Shown: positions 50,662-60,635, numbered from the stretch's first letter. The stretch: DNA of 64,000 nucleotides from an uncultured Phycisphaeraceae bacterium (GCA_964648365.1 CAZYLK010000004.1:5575-69574); one strand, 5' to 3'. The notes: a model not told the origin generated them from the letters alone. Made by a program: numbers and translations.

Positions 50662-52107
50662 TCAATAGGAAGGCAGGGGCGGCGCAGAAGCGCCGGCCGC
50701 GGATTCGGCGCCGGCCACGCCTCTCAGAGACGCAGCACCCTCGATCGCCTCCACGCCGGACGCCGCGCCGGCGACCTGCGCGTGCTGGAGCGCCGCGTCG
50801 GCGCGCTTCTCGGCTTCGTGCCGCGCGGCCGCGGCCGCGTCGCGCTCGTTTCGCAATCGGGAAGACTCAGCGCGCTCCCGCTGAAACGCCAGCGCGCACA
50901 ACACCAGCAGCGGCAGCACCGCCGCCAGCGCGCCGACCCTTCGCCGCGGACGCGCACCGGAGGACATGCCTGCCGCGGGCGCCGGCCGGCGGGCGAGAAT
51001 CGGACGGCCCGTGAGCACGCGATGCACGTCCTCCGCCAGCGCCTCGGCGGTGGCATACCTATGATGCCGGGACTTGTGCATCGCGGTGAGAATCATCGTC
51101 TCAACGTCGCCGCGCAGCGACGCGTCAATCGCGCCGGGACGTGCCGGCTCCGTGTCGCAGATCGTTCGGATCGCCTGAGCCACCGAGCGACCCGTCAACT
51201 CGAAGGGACGTCGTCCGGTCAGCAACTCGTAGAGGATCACGCCAAGTGCATAGACGTCGGTGCGCTCGTCAACGTGTGTCGAATCACCTCCGGCCTGCTC
51301 GGGACTCATGTAGGCAAAGGTTCCGCGAATCTGACCGACTTGCGTCAGATCGGTGACCACCCCGTCGCCGCGCGACAGCAGTCGGGCCAGGCCAAAGTCG
51401 AGAATCTTCGGCTGCCCGGAACCGTCCACCAGGATGTTCGAAGGCTTCAGGTCGCGATGGATGACGCCGCGCTGGTGGGCATGGTGAACCGCCAGGCAGA
51501 CGCGCCGGAAGAGCCGGAGCCTCTCGGCGACCGTCACGGTGGAACGGGCGGCGTACTCAGTCAGCGGCCGGCCGTGGATGAGTTCCATCGCAATGTAGTG
51601 CCAGCCATCGTCCGTGCTGCCGGAGTCATACATGGCGCCGACGCTGGGGTGGTTCAGCCGCCCGAGTGACTGCGCCTCGCGGCGGAAGAGCTGCACATCG
51701 CGATAATCGGCCCAGTCGCCGCCGCGCAGAACCTTCAGCGCGACCGACCGCCGCGGGTCATCCTGCACCGCCTCGTAGACGGTCCCCATCCCGCCGCGTC
51801 CGATCCGACGCTTGATCTCGAACGGACCGAGCCGCCCCGGAGGCATCACGTCCGTGCATTCCGATGCACCCACCGGCAGGAGGGCTGTCCGCCCGGCCGC
51901 ATCCACTTCAGCGCCGCCGGGAGACGCCATCGAATCGTCGCCGGCATACACAACGTCGATGCGGCGCGTTTCCGCGGACGCGAGGATCCGCTCGCCGAGC
52001 GGCGCGGCGTTGAGACGATCCGCGTCGCGCGGGCCTGACGCCGCACCCGTCGCAGGCACTCGCTGTTGCAACCGTTCTTCAGACTGGCTGTGAGTTCGTG
52101 CGTCCAT
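50662..52107 (-). CDS. Hanks-type serine/threonine protein kinase with C-terminal TM anchor
   Basis: GGAGG precedes the ATG at 52107. GRGGMGTVYEA, ALKVL, HRDLKPSNILV, DFGLA, YMSPEQ. TM helix VGALAAVLPLLVLCALAF. Confidence 0.85.
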   Translation of the reverse strand: MDARTHSQSEERLQQRVPATGAASGPRDADRLNAAPLGERILASAETRRIDVVYAGDDSMASPGGAEVDAAGRTALLPVGASECTDVMPPGRLGPFEIKRRIGRGGMGTVYEAVQDDPRRSVALKVLRGGDWADYRDVQLFRREAQSLGRLNHPSVGAMYDSGSTDDGWHYIAMELIHGRPLTEYAARSTVTVAERLRLFRRVCLAVHHAHQRGVIHRDLKPSNILVDGSGQPKILDFGLARLLSRGDGVVTDLTQVGQIRGTFAYMSPEQAGGDSTHVDERTDVYALGVILYELLTGRRPFELTGRSVAQAIRTICDTEPARPGAIDASLRGDVETMILTAMHKSRHHRYATAEALAEDVHRVLTGRPILARRPAPAAGMSSGARPRRRVGALAAVLPLLVLCALAFQRERAESSRLRNERDAAAAARHEAEKRADAALQHAQVAGAASGVEAIEGAASLRGVAGAESAAGASAPPLPSY

Positions 52108-52497
52108 CGCGTCCCTCCCATCTCGTCTGCTGCGCTCCGCCCGGCGGAACGTCTCCTTTCTGCGTTCTATCCCATTCTGACCGTTCTCGGCCGGCTTCCG
52201 CCTGCTGCATCGCGGACAACACCCGAACAGTAGATGCCGCCACGACCCCAACCGTTAGCGTCGCGACCGCCCCCGGGCCCGTCACGCCTGAGAATCGGGC
52301 CGCCAGCAGCGGCCGCGGACGACGGAGTACGGCCACCTGATCATAGGCATGAATAACGCGACGTATCCGCCGTGACGCCGCAATCGTGATTGTGTTTTTC
52401 TGTCAGCCCGCAAGAACCCGGCAGAATGGCGACTCAACCCCATCACCGCCCCCCGCCCGCTCGTCTCTTCCCCCGCGTAGCGCCGCGTCTCTCTTCC

Positions 52498-52565
52498 CTC
52501 CGTGCCTTCGTGCCTCGCTGCCTTCTCCCAGTCGTTCCCCTGCGTCGCTCCGTGCCTTCGTGCCT
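52498..52565. repeat. two perfect 18-nt direct repeats (each itself an 8-mer tandem) in a pyrimidine-rich intergenic element
   Basis: ctccgtgccttcgtgcct at 52498-52515 and again at 52548-52565. The surrounding 52441-52570 is CT-rich (purine-rich on the minus strand, with ...gagagacgcgg...). Confidence 0.85.
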
Positions 52566-52570
52566 TCTTC

Positions 52571-53947
52571 CTAGGTAATCCCGTAGTCCCGCAGCCGCCG
52601 ATACAGCGTCCGCGTCCCGATCTTGAGCACTTTCGCCGCCCGTTCGCGGTTGCCGCCGCACATGCGGAGCGTGTTCATGATGTGGATCCGTTCGACGTCG
52701 GCCATGCTCAGACCGGCCCAGTTGAGCGGGCCGACGGCCACGATCTCGCGCGAACCGCCAATGGCGTCGGGCAGGTCGGGAACGTCCAGCCGTGCGTTCT
52801 CCGTCTCGAAGCACATCCGCTCGACGATGTTGCGCAGCTCACGCACGTTGCCGGGCCAGTCGTATCCGACCAGCCGGCGCAGCGCGTCTGGCGTAATCCC
52901 CTCGATCTGAAGCTCGTTTTCGCGATTCACGGTTTCGATGAACCGCGTCACCAGAACAGGAATGTCTTCACGACGGTCGCGAAGCGGCGGAATGCGGATC
53001 GCCCCCTGCGCGTGCAGCCGGTAGAACAGGTCGTCCCGGAATTTGCCCTCCTTGACGAGTTCATTGAGATCCCGGTTGGTGGCGGCGATGAAGCGGACGT
53101 CGAGGTGAACGAGTTCGTTGCTGCCCACCGGGATGACCTCGCCGTTTTCCAGCGTGCGCAGGAGTTTGGCCTGCATCGCGGGCGGCATGTCGCCGATCTC
53201 ATCGAGAAAAACCGTGCCGCCGTCGGCCGCGTGCAGCAGCCCCTTGCGATCGGCAACGGCGCCCGTGAATGCGCCCTTCACATGACCGAACAGCTCGCTC
53301 TCGATGAGCGTCTCGCTGACGGCGGCGCAGTTGAACGGCTTGAACGGCTTGCCCACCCGTGGCGACTGGTTGTGAATGAACTGAGCGAGCAGTTCCTTGC
53401 CGGTGCCGGTTTCGCCGGAAATCAGCACCGTGCTCTTGCTGCGGGCCAGCTTGGCGGCCCGTTTGATCTCACGCTCCATCCGGTCGCTGAGGCCGATGAT
53501 GCCGTCATAATCATAGCCCTTGTCGACCTGTTCGCGCAGCGCCCGCGAGGCCCGCGCCGCGGTGGCCCGCAGCGCTGCCAGGCGGATTTTCTCCCGGATC
53601 ACGGCCGGATCGACCGGGCGCACCAGGTAATTTGTCGGCGCGCCGCGGGACGAAGCAGCCAGAGCCTCGCGGATCTGCGGCTCGTCGCCCTCGTCGACGA
53701 GCATCAGGATTTCACAATCGGGAGCGACCGTCTCGATCTGCCGGAGGACCGCGTCGCCGTCGACGTCGCCGTTGAGCCGCCAGGGAGCAACCACCACGTC
53801 CGGCGGGCGCACGCGCGCGCTTTCAATCGCGCCGGCCGCGCTGGGCGCGACGTTGGCGGCGTGACCGAGCCGCCGCACCGCCTCCGCGATCGCCCGGCTG
53901 TCGTCTTCGGCGCTCTCGACGATCAGGACAAACGCTGTCTGGCTCAT
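52571..53947 (-). CDS. NtrC-family sigma-54 activator with a degenerate (pseudo-)receiver domain
   Basis: AAA+ motifs GETGTGKELLAQFIH and ESELFGHVKGAFTGA. Fis HTH AAKVLKIGTRTLYRRL. The receiver-like N-terminus reads PDVVVAPWRLNG where NtrC has PDVLLSDIRMPG, so there is no Asp at the acceptor position. Confidence 0.85.
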   Translation of the reverse strand: MSQTAFVLIVESAEDDSRAIAEAVRRLGHAANVAPSAAGAIESARVRPPDVVVAPWRLNGDVDGDAVLRQIETVAPDCEILMLVDEGDEPQIREALAASSRGAPTNYLVRPVDPAVIREKIRLAALRATAARASRALREQVDKGYDYDGIIGLSDRMEREIKRAAKLARSKSTVLISGETGTGKELLAQFIHNQSPRVGKPFKPFNCAAVSETLIESELFGHVKGAFTGAVADRKGLLHAADGGTVFLDEIGDMPPAMQAKLLRTLENGEVIPVGSNELVHLDVRFIAATNRDLNELVKEGKFRDDLFYRLHAQGAIRIPPLRDRREDIPVLVTRFIETVNRENELQIEGITPDALRRLVGYDWPGNVRELRNIVERMCFETENARLDVPDLPDAIGGSREIVAVGPLNWAGLSMADVERIHIMNTLRMCGGNRERAAKVLKIGTRTLYRRLRDYGIT

Positions 53948-54086
53948 GGCTTCACCCGACCCAGGCCGCTGGCGATGAGCCTCGGGAACGTCTCCGGGAA
54001 CAGAGCCGGCGGCGCCGAGGCGGATTCGATGCCCGGCGCCGCCGACAGGTGATTGTACGCAACAGCGGCTTTCAGCGACGCGCGGT

Positions 54087-56207
54087 CTAGGCGCCGTTCC
54101 CCGCCTTCTCGCGCTCCTCGAGCAGCACCGCCTTGTGCGACAGCTTCACGCGACCCTGATCGTCCACCGCGATGACCTTGACCTTCATCACGTCGCCGAT
54201 CTTGCAGACATCGCCGACAGAGCGGACGTACTCGTCTGACAACTCACTGATGTGGCACAGGCCGTCCTGCCCCGGGGCGACTTCGATAAACGCACCGAAA
54301 TCTTTCGTGCTGATCACCTTGCCGACGTAGATGCGGCCGACCTGCACGCTTTCCGTCATGGCCTCGATCGCCGCCTTGGCGGACTCGGCGCCTTCCATCT
54401 GCAGGCAGGAAATCAGGATCGTGCCGTCCGACTCGATCTCGATGCGGGCGCCGGAATCGGCCTCCAGCGCACGGATGCCCTTGCCGCCCGGTCCGATGAC
54501 CTTTCCGATCTTGTCCGGATCGATCTTCATGGTGAGGATGCGCGGCGCGTACTCGCTGATCTGCGGCCGCGGTGCCTTGATGGCGCTGAGCATCTTCCGG
54601 AGGATGTCCAGACGGGCCTCCTTCGCGGTTTTGAACGTCTCTTCAATGATGTCCATCGTCAGCCCGCGGGTCTTGAGGTCGAGCTGGATGCCCGTGATGC
54701 CGCGCTGGGTGCCGGCGACCTTGAAGTCCATGTCGCCGAAGTGGTCCTCCTCGCCGAGGATGTCCACGATCAGCTTGTGCTTCTTCCCGTTCTGGAACAG
54801 GCCCACTGAGATGCCGGCGACCGGCTGCCGGATGGGCACGCCCGCGTCCATCAGCGCCAGCGTCCCGCCGCACACGCTCGCCATCGAACTCGAACCGTTC
54901 GACTCCATGATCTCGGAGACGACGCGAATCGTGTAGGGGAAGTCTTCCGGACTCGGCAGGATCGACTCAAGCGATTTTTCCGCCAAGGCTCCGTGGCCGA
55001 TCTCGCGACGGCTGGTGGCGCCGACGCGCTTGACCTCGCCCGTACACAGCGGCGGGAAGTTGTAGTGCAGCATGAACTTCTTGCTGTACTCTTCGGTCAG
55101 CCCGTCGATGATCTGCTCGTCGCGCCCGGTGCCCAGCGTGACCACCACCAGCGACTGCGTCTCGCCGCGCTGGAAGATGGCCGAACCGTGGACGCGCGGC
55201 AGCACGCCGACTTCGCACGTGATCGGGCGAATCTCGGTCAGTCCGCGGCCGTCGGAGCGAATATTCTCCTCCAGGCACATGTCCCGGACGATCTCTTCCT
55301 CGATCTTGTCGATGCACTCGCGAATGGTGTTGCGGCTGAACTCAGGCTTGACCGCATCCTTCGGCGCCAGTTCATCGAGCACGGCCTTGTAGATCTCGCT
55401 GATCGCCGTGTTGCGTTCCTGCTTGCCCTTGATGCGCCGGGCCTCGCGCAACGGACCGGTCACGCGCTGGCGCAGTTTGACGTTCAGTTCCGTCGTGTCC
55501 GGCGGCGGGTCGATCCAGACCTTTTCCTTGCCGGCCTTGTCCATCAACTCCTGCACCATCTCGCAGATGTCGCGGATGGCCGCCTGGCCGAACTGGATCG
55601 CGCCGAGGACGGTCTCCTCGGGAAGTTCATTGGCCGCCACTTCGATCATGTTCAGCCCGTCCTTGTGACCGCTCAGGATCATCTCCAGCGGGCTGTATTC
55701 CAGTTCGCTCAACGTGGGCATCAGGACGTATTCTTCGTCCACCAGGCCCACCCGCACCGACGCCACCGGCCCGTCGAACGGCACCGACGAAATACACACG
55801 GCCGCCGCCGACCCGATCTGCGCCAACACGTCCGGATCATGCTCCTGATCGGTCGCCAGACACATCGCCTGGATCAGAACTTCGTCGTGATACCCCTTCG
55901 GAAAGAGCGGTCGCATGGGCCGGTCGATGGCCCGCATCGTGAGAACCTCTTTCTGGGTCGGCCGCGCTTCGCGCTTGAAAAAGCCGCCGGGAATCTTGCC
56001 GGCGGCGTACGTCTTCTCTCGATAGTCCACGGTGAGCGGGAAGAAGTCGATCCCCTCCCGCGGCGGACCCACCACGACGGCGGAGAGCACCACCGTGTCC
56101 GCGTAGCGGACGATGACGCAGCCGGCCGATTGCCTGGCGATGCGCCCCGTCTCCATCCTCAATGTGTGTCTGCCGATCTTTCGCTCAACAACAATCTGTT
56201 CCATCAT
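54087..56207 (-). CDS. pnp: polyribonucleotide nucleotidyltransferase (PNPase)
   Basis: Two RNase PH domains, KH ([16 protein letters not shown]) and S1 ([20 protein letters not shown]). 706 aa. Confidence 0.95.
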   Translation of the reverse strand: MMEQIVVERKIGRHTLRMETGRIARQSAGCVIVRYADTVVLSAVVVGPPREGIDFFPLTVDYREKTYAAGKIPGGFFKREARPTQKEVLTMRAIDRPMRPLFPKGYHDEVLIQAMCLATDQEHDPDVLAQIGSAAAVCISSVPFDGPVASVRVGLVDEEYVLMPTLSELEYSPLEMILSGHKDGLNMIEVAANELPEETVLGAIQFGQAAIRDICEMVQELMDKAGKEKVWIDPPPDTTELNVKLRQRVTGPLREARRIKGKQERNTAISEIYKAVLDELAPKDAVKPEFSRNTIRECIDKIEEEIVRDMCLEENIRSDGRGLTEIRPITCEVGVLPRVHGSAIFQRGETQSLVVVTLGTGRDEQIIDGLTEEYSKKFMLHYNFPPLCTGEVKRVGATSRREIGHGALAEKSLESILPSPEDFPYTIRVVSEIMESNGSSSMASVCGGTLALMDAGVPIRQPVAGISVGLFQNGKKHKLIVDILGEEDHFGDMDFKVAGTQRGITGIQLDLKTRGLTMDIIEETFKTAKEARLDILRKMLSAIKAPRPQISEYAPRILTMKIDPDKIGKVIGPGGKGIRALEADSGARIEIESDGTILISCLQMEGAESAKAAIEAMTESVQVGRIYVGKVISTKDFGAFIEVAPGQDGLCHISELSDEYVRSVGDVCKIGDVMKVKVIAVDDQGRVKLSHKAVLLEEREKAGNGA

Positions 56208-56582
56208 GCCAACCTCTTCGCCAACAAACTCTCAAAACTCTTCAGACTTAAGTGATAGGTCATGTTCCGCGCCGCGTGAGTCGCCCGCGACCGCATGCTC
56301 GACGACTTCCGTCCGACGGCGCCGGATGCGCCGGGAAACGTGCGATCCGCCGACGGCCGCCGGGCGGCGCCGAAATCGGCCACGCCACCGGTCAGCCGCG
56401 TGCCGGTCGCCTGGGCTCTGGGCCGGAGGTTCCGGCCAACTTCGGATGGTCATCCCCGGACAGCGGGGTCACGGCGACAGCCGCGCGACGGAGGGACTCA
56501 ATTGAGGGCCTGAGCGTGTGGGCCGATGCCTGGCAATCGCGCGACCCGGGGAATCCCTTCCCACGCAAGACCGGGACGGGAA

Positions 56583-56852
56583 CTAGCGACGCAGGCCCAG
56601 CGCAGCGATCGTCTCGAGATACTTCTGACGGTCGGTGCGCGTCAGATACTTCAGAAGATGCGAGCGGCGGCCGACCAGCTTCAACAGGCCGCGGCGGGCG
56701 GAAAAATCCTTCTTGCATGCCTTCAGATGCTCGGTCAGATGCTTGATCCGATCCGTCAGCAGCGCGATCTGGACTTCCGGAGAACCGGTATCCTTCGCGT
56801 CGCGCCGAAAACGTGCGATCACGTCCTGCTTGTCATTATCCGTCTTGACCAT
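56583..56852 (-). CDS. rpsO: 30S ribosomal protein S15
   Basis: The internal Met gives an 89-aa protein: [43 protein letters not shown]. Confidence 0.9.
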   Translation of the reverse strand: MVKTDNDKQDVIARFRRDAKDTGSPEVQIALLTDRIKHLTEHLKACKKDFSARRGLLKLVGRRSHLLKYLTRTDRQKYLETIAALGLRR

Positions 56853-57082
56853 CGGCCGACCACGTCTCCCGTCACCACCACCCGGCCCCATGCCGGGCTG
56901 CCAACCAACATCCTAACACAATCCCCGCCATCGGCAACCCGAGGCGGGAACAAGCCGGGAAGTCTAGCGGGGGCCGGCGTCTGCCGCAAGAAGCCGCTCG
57001 GGCCCCACCGCGAAGGCCATGCAACCGCCAGGCTCCAGGCTGGCATGCCTGACGGCCAGTCGCCCCACTCGTCCGCAACCGC

Positions 57083-57433
57083 TCACTCCGCCAGAAACGG
57101 CCCGACGAATACAAACACGATCCCGAACAGAATCAGGGCGACGCCGCAGATGACGCGGATCCACCCCAGCCGGACGGCTTTCGCCCCCTCATAGTCGTTG
57201 CTGCGTCCCAGCGCCCAGTTCGTCAGCCGTCGCTTGCCGTCTTCCTCCGCCGTCTGCGTGCGGATGTTCGCCAGCCCCGCCAGAACCAGAAGCGCCCCCA
57301 CCAGAACGGCCACGGCCATGAACCCCAGCCGGTGCCAGATCGTGTCCGTCGCCGCCAGTATCGCGATTGCAACCACCGCATCTCCTCGCCAAATCAACCC
57401 AAAGGCTGAGCGCGCGACGGAACCGGTCGCCAC
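57083..57433 (-). CDS. hypothetical three-TM small membrane protein
   Basis: Hydrophobic helices VVAIAILAA, FMAVAVLVGALLVLAGLA and ICGVALILFGIVFVFVGPF. No family recognised. Confidence 0.4.
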   Translation of the reverse strand: MATGSVARSAFGLIWRGDAVVAIAILAATDTIWHRLGFMAVAVLVGALLVLAGLANIRTQTAEEDGKRRLTNWALGRSNDYEGAKAVRLGWIRVICGVALILFGIVFVFVGPFLAE

Positions 57434-57600
57434 GGGCCGGACCCGGAGCAGTCAGGCGCCTCCCGGCCGGCCCGCCCCAGTCGGATCATATCGCCTCGAC
57501 CGTTCCCAGCGAACCCGTCGATCACTCGGGGCGCAGGAGCCGGACCCCCGGCGCTGGACCGAGCCGCGAAAGCGGCTATCCTCTCAGAACCTGCCCACGC

Positions 57601-57673
57601 GGGGCCGTAGCTCAGTTGGGAGAGCGCCTGGTTTGCAACCAGGAGGTAGCGGGTTCGAACCCCGTCGGCTCCA
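57601..57673 (+). tRNA. tRNA-Ala (anticodon UGC)
   Basis: GGGGCCGTAGCTCAGTTGGGAGAGCGCCTGGTTTGCAACCAGGAGGTAGCGGGTTCGAACCCCGTCGGCTCCA folds as a cloverleaf. Anticodon loop TTTGCAA. G3:U70 alanine identity pair. The 3-prime CCA is not encoded. Confidence 0.9.
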
Positions 57674-57799
57674 GTAGATCTTACCCTGGCGTACGTACCG
57701 ACCGATTCTCGCGCAAGCGGTCTGCCGCATCCATCGAACGCAGTCTCAGAACTCCGCGGGCTCTGCGCCTTCCGCGGTGGGTCTTGCCGCCCGCTTCCC

Positions 57800-58621
57800 C
57801 TACGCCGTCGGATGCCAGCCTGCGTCGGCCCAGAGGCTGCCGCTGACGGACGAGTTGCGCAGGAGGAAGCAGATCGCTTCCGCGATCTCGTCCGGGCGGA
57901 TCAGTCGCTTGAGTTGCGTATGCGGCAGCACGTAGTCGCGGATCAGCTCTTCGCCCATTGCCCGGACCATCGGCGTATCGGTGAAGCCCGGGTGGATGAT
58001 GGCGCAGCGCACGCCGTGGAAGATGGCCTCCTTCGCCAGCGTGGCCTGGGCGCCTTCCAACCCCGCCTTGGCGGTGGCGTAGGCGATCTGGCCGCGGTTG
58101 CCCGCTGACGACACCGAGCCGATCAAGACGACGGCTCCCTGCACCATCTCTTCGGGCACCCACTGCTTGAGGCCCCGCTTGGCCCGCTGCAGCGCCACCG
58201 ACCCCACGCATCGCAGTGCCCAGTAGATCGGCGCGATCAGATCCACCTCCAGCACGCGACGGAAATCCGCCTCACTGTACATGTCCAGCTTCGGCGTACC
58301 GTTGTTCTGGGAAATCTTGACCCCGAGGCGGTCCAGCGTGATCCCAGCCGCGGGCACGCAGAGCTGCACGCAGCCGAACCGCTCTTCCATCGTGGTGAAG
58401 ACGTGCTCGCGGAACTGCGGATCGACCACGTCGCCCGGGAAGGGCACGAGGATCTCTCGCGTGAGCTGACGGTTCACCTGCTCGCAGAAGGCGTGGGTGG
58501 CCGGGCTCATGTCGACCACGGCGATGGCTTTGACGCCCTCGCGCCCCAGCTTCGTACACGTGGCCTGCCCAATGCCGCTCGCGCCCCCGGTCACGACCGC
58601 TACTTTATTGACAACGTCCAT
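57800..58621 (-). CDS. classical SDR oxidoreductase, candidate acetoacetyl-CoA reductase of the PHA cluster (function inferred from context)
   Basis: VAVVTGGASGIGQA, GSVSSAGNRGQIAYATAKAG (S...YxxxK). Confidence 0.8.
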   Translation of the reverse strand: MDVVNKVAVVTGGASGIGQATCTKLGREGVKAIAVVDMSPATHAFCEQVNRQLTREILVPFPGDVVDPQFREHVFTTMEERFGCVQLCVPAAGITLDRLGVKISQNNGTPKLDMYSEADFRRVLEVDLIAPIYWALRCVGSVALQRAKRGLKQWVPEEMVQGAVVLIGSVSSAGNRGQIAYATAKAGLEGAQATLAKEAIFHGVRCAIIHPGFTDTPMVRAMGEELIRDYVLPHTQLKRLIRPDEIAEAICFLLRNSSVSGSLWADAGWHPTA

Positions 58622-58647
58622 GTTTCACCCCGTTCACCACCGCGGAG

Positions 58648-59012
58648 GACGCAGAGGGCGCAGAGAAAGAAAGAGAATGGAGAGACGCGGGGAAGCGGGC
58701 CACACGGCGGCACGCCGATCGCTACCGCGCTTCGGCTCACTCCCGATTTACAACCTGTTCGCCATCCGCCGAATCCCCTCTTTCATAAGAGGCACGTTGA
58801 AGTTCATCAGCAGGCCGAGTTTCTTCCTGCTGAGCTTCAGCTAGGTCAGAAACGAGCAGATCCAGTCGATATCCCACGTCGATCTTGACGCCGTCATACC
58901 ACACCCGCAGCGCCTTCTGCACCTCGACCTGGTGCCCGCGCTTGCGCAACTCGTAAGCCAGACAACCCTCATATGCCGATTTCAACAACCGCTCTCCGCG
59001 CCCTCTGCGGTC
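58648..59012. repeat. imperfect inverted repeats flanking the GxxExxY remnant
   Basis: Plus-strand 58648-58666 gacgcagagggcgcagaga compared with the reverse complement of 58993-59012, gaccgcagagggcgcggaga. They share the 12-mer cgcagagggcgc. Confidence 0.55.
58748..58988 (-). pseudogene. decayed GxxExxY-family (PD-(D/E)xK-like) gene with frameshift and internal deletions
   Basis: Frame A (58988 to 58845): LLKSAYEGCLAYELRKRGHQVEVQKALRVWYDGVKIDVGYRLDLLVSD. A 4-nt junction CTAG follows. Frame B (58840 to 58748): LKLSRKKLGLLMNFNVPLMKEGIRRMANRL then stop. The N-terminal roughly 30 aa and the central ExK-containing segment of typical family members are missing. Confidence 0.6.
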
Positions 59013-59023
59013 GTATCTTCCGT

Positions 59024-60124
59024 CTACACAGCATCACTGCGTTTGCTCAGCCAGTCCACCACCTTCGGCCACAGCTCGCGGTGAGCCTTCGAGCCGACCG
59101 ACAGCCCGATGTGGCCCGCCGGGAACTCGATCGCCTGCTCATCCTTCGAGCCGATCGCCTTGTTGAACGGCAGGCTCTGCCCACAGGGGACCAGGTGGTC
59201 GTTGCGGGCGACCAGGTTCATCACCGGGCAGGTGATCGCTTTCAGGTCCACCCGCCGGCCGCCGATCTCGAGTTCGCCCTTGATCAGCCGGTTTTCCTGG
59301 ATGCAGTGCTTCACGAACTGCCGGAACATCTCGCCCGCGACCGGGATGTTATCGTTCAGCCACGTCTCCATGGCGAAGAAGTCCTCCAGGAACTTCTCGT
59401 TCTCCATGTTCTCGTAGAACGTGACGTACTTTTCCACGAGGTTGCTGACGGGCTTGAGCAACTGGAAGGAACTCTGCAGCCACTCGGCCGGGGCGTTGCC
59501 GAAGACCTCGATGAACTGATCCACGTTGAAGTACTTCGGGTCGCTCCACAGCGCCAGCAGCGCGCTGCGGTCCGACCAGTCCACCGGGGCCGCCATGAGG
59601 ATCAGGTTCTTGACCTTCTCCGGGTTAAGCGCCGTGTACATGGCGCTCATGGATCCACCCATGCAGTAGCCGACCAGGTTGACCTGGTCCACGTTGCAGC
59701 GCTGACGCGCGGCCTCCACGACGTTGTTCATGTACCGGTCGACGTAGTCCTCCATCGACAGGAACCGGTCGCCGTCGGACGGGACGCCCCAGTCCACGTT
59801 GTAGGTATCGAACCCGGCGTCGACGAAGTGCCGCACCACGCTCTTCCCGTCACGCAGATCGAGAATGTAGGGCCGGTTCACCAGGGCGAACACGAAAATG
59901 GTGGGCGTGGCATAGCGCTGCTCGGCGCCGGTTTCGTAGTGCAGCAGCCGCAGTTTGTCCTCGCGATAGACCGTGCGCGCGTGGGTGGCGCCGACGCGAA
60001 CCTGGCGGGCGATCTCGGCGACCTTGGGCAGGTTGGCCGTCTTGTTGACGAACTCCGCCCAGCGCCGGGGCGCCTCCGTCATGCTCTGCGTCCACATCTG
60101 TGCGAACGTATCGAACGTCGTCAC
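59024..60124 (-). CDS. phaC: class III poly(R)-hydroxyalkanoate synthase, PhaC subunit
   Basis: 366 aa (class III size). Lipase box VNLVGYCMGGS. ...FPAGHIGL. Confidence 0.9.
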   Translation of the reverse strand: MTTFDTFAQMWTQSMTEAPRRWAEFVNKTANLPKVAEIARQVRVGATHARTVYREDKLRLLHYETGAEQRYATPTIFVFALVNRPYILDLRDGKSVVRHFVDAGFDTYNVDWGVPSDGDRFLSMEDYVDRYMNNVVEAARQRCNVDQVNLVGYCMGGSMSAMYTALNPEKVKNLILMAAPVDWSDRSALLALWSDPKYFNVDQFIEVFGNAPAEWLQSSFQLLKPVSNLVEKYVTFYENMENEKFLEDFFAMETWLNDNIPVAGEMFRQFVKHCIQENRLIKGELEIGGRRVDLKAITCPVMNLVARNDHLVPCGQSLPFNKAIGSKDEQAIEFPAGHIGLSVGSKAHRELWPKVVDWLSKRSDAV

Positions 60125-60127
60125 CGC

Positions 60128-60571
60128 TTACGCTCCTTTCGTGCCGGCGGCGCCGGTCTTGCGTCCAGTGCGCTCCATCGCCTCGACGCGTCGGGTCAGA
60201 TCCTCGAGCCGGTCGAGGACGCGATCCTCGACGCTGTGCAGCATCCGCAGAATGTCCTCCGAGTCGCCCCGGCTGGACACCTGGGACTCCTGCAGGCCCT
60301 TGCGCAGAAACTGGCTCATCTGCTGGCGCACGGCCAGCGAGTTCTCAATCGAATGTTTCATCATGTCGAGGAACGGCTCGGAGCGCATGAACTCCTCGCA
60401 GTACTTCGCCCACGACGCGAAGAAGGCCTCGCGCATCTGCCGCGCCGGATCGGGCGGCGGCTGCGCAGGCGGGGTCACGCTCCGGGCGGCGGCCGAGGCC
60501 GCCTGCGACATCATGTCCGACCACATCTTCATCCAGACGTCGCCGCCGTCGAATCCGCTCGATTGACTCAT
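60128..60571 (-). CDS. phaE: probable PHA synthase class III PhaE-like subunit (short form)
   Basis: It ends 3 nt upstream of the phaC start. 147 aa with W/F-rich N-terminal half (WMKMWSDMM...FFASWAKYCEEFMRSEPFLDMMK) and a coiled-coil C-terminus. The assignment rests mainly on position. Confidence 0.55.
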   Translation of the reverse strand: MSQSSGFDGGDVWMKMWSDMMSQAASAAARSVTPPAQPPPDPARQMREAFFASWAKYCEEFMRSEPFLDMMKHSIENSLAVRQQMSQFLRKGLQESQVSSRGDSEDILRMLHSVEDRVLDRLEDLTRRVEAMERTGRKTGAAGTKGA

Positions 60572-60635
60572 GGTGATTCCTTTCGCACGCGGGACCGTCT
60601 CGTCCCAACGTGCCGGGCACGGCCGTGCAGGGTGC

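Noticed and set aside
57601-59023. tRNA-Ala as an integration site for a genomic island
   Set aside because: There is no integrase and no direct repeat of the tRNA 3-prime end. Downstream genes form a coherent PHA cluster with the same composition as the rest of the window. Only the small GxxExxY remnant is foreign-looking.
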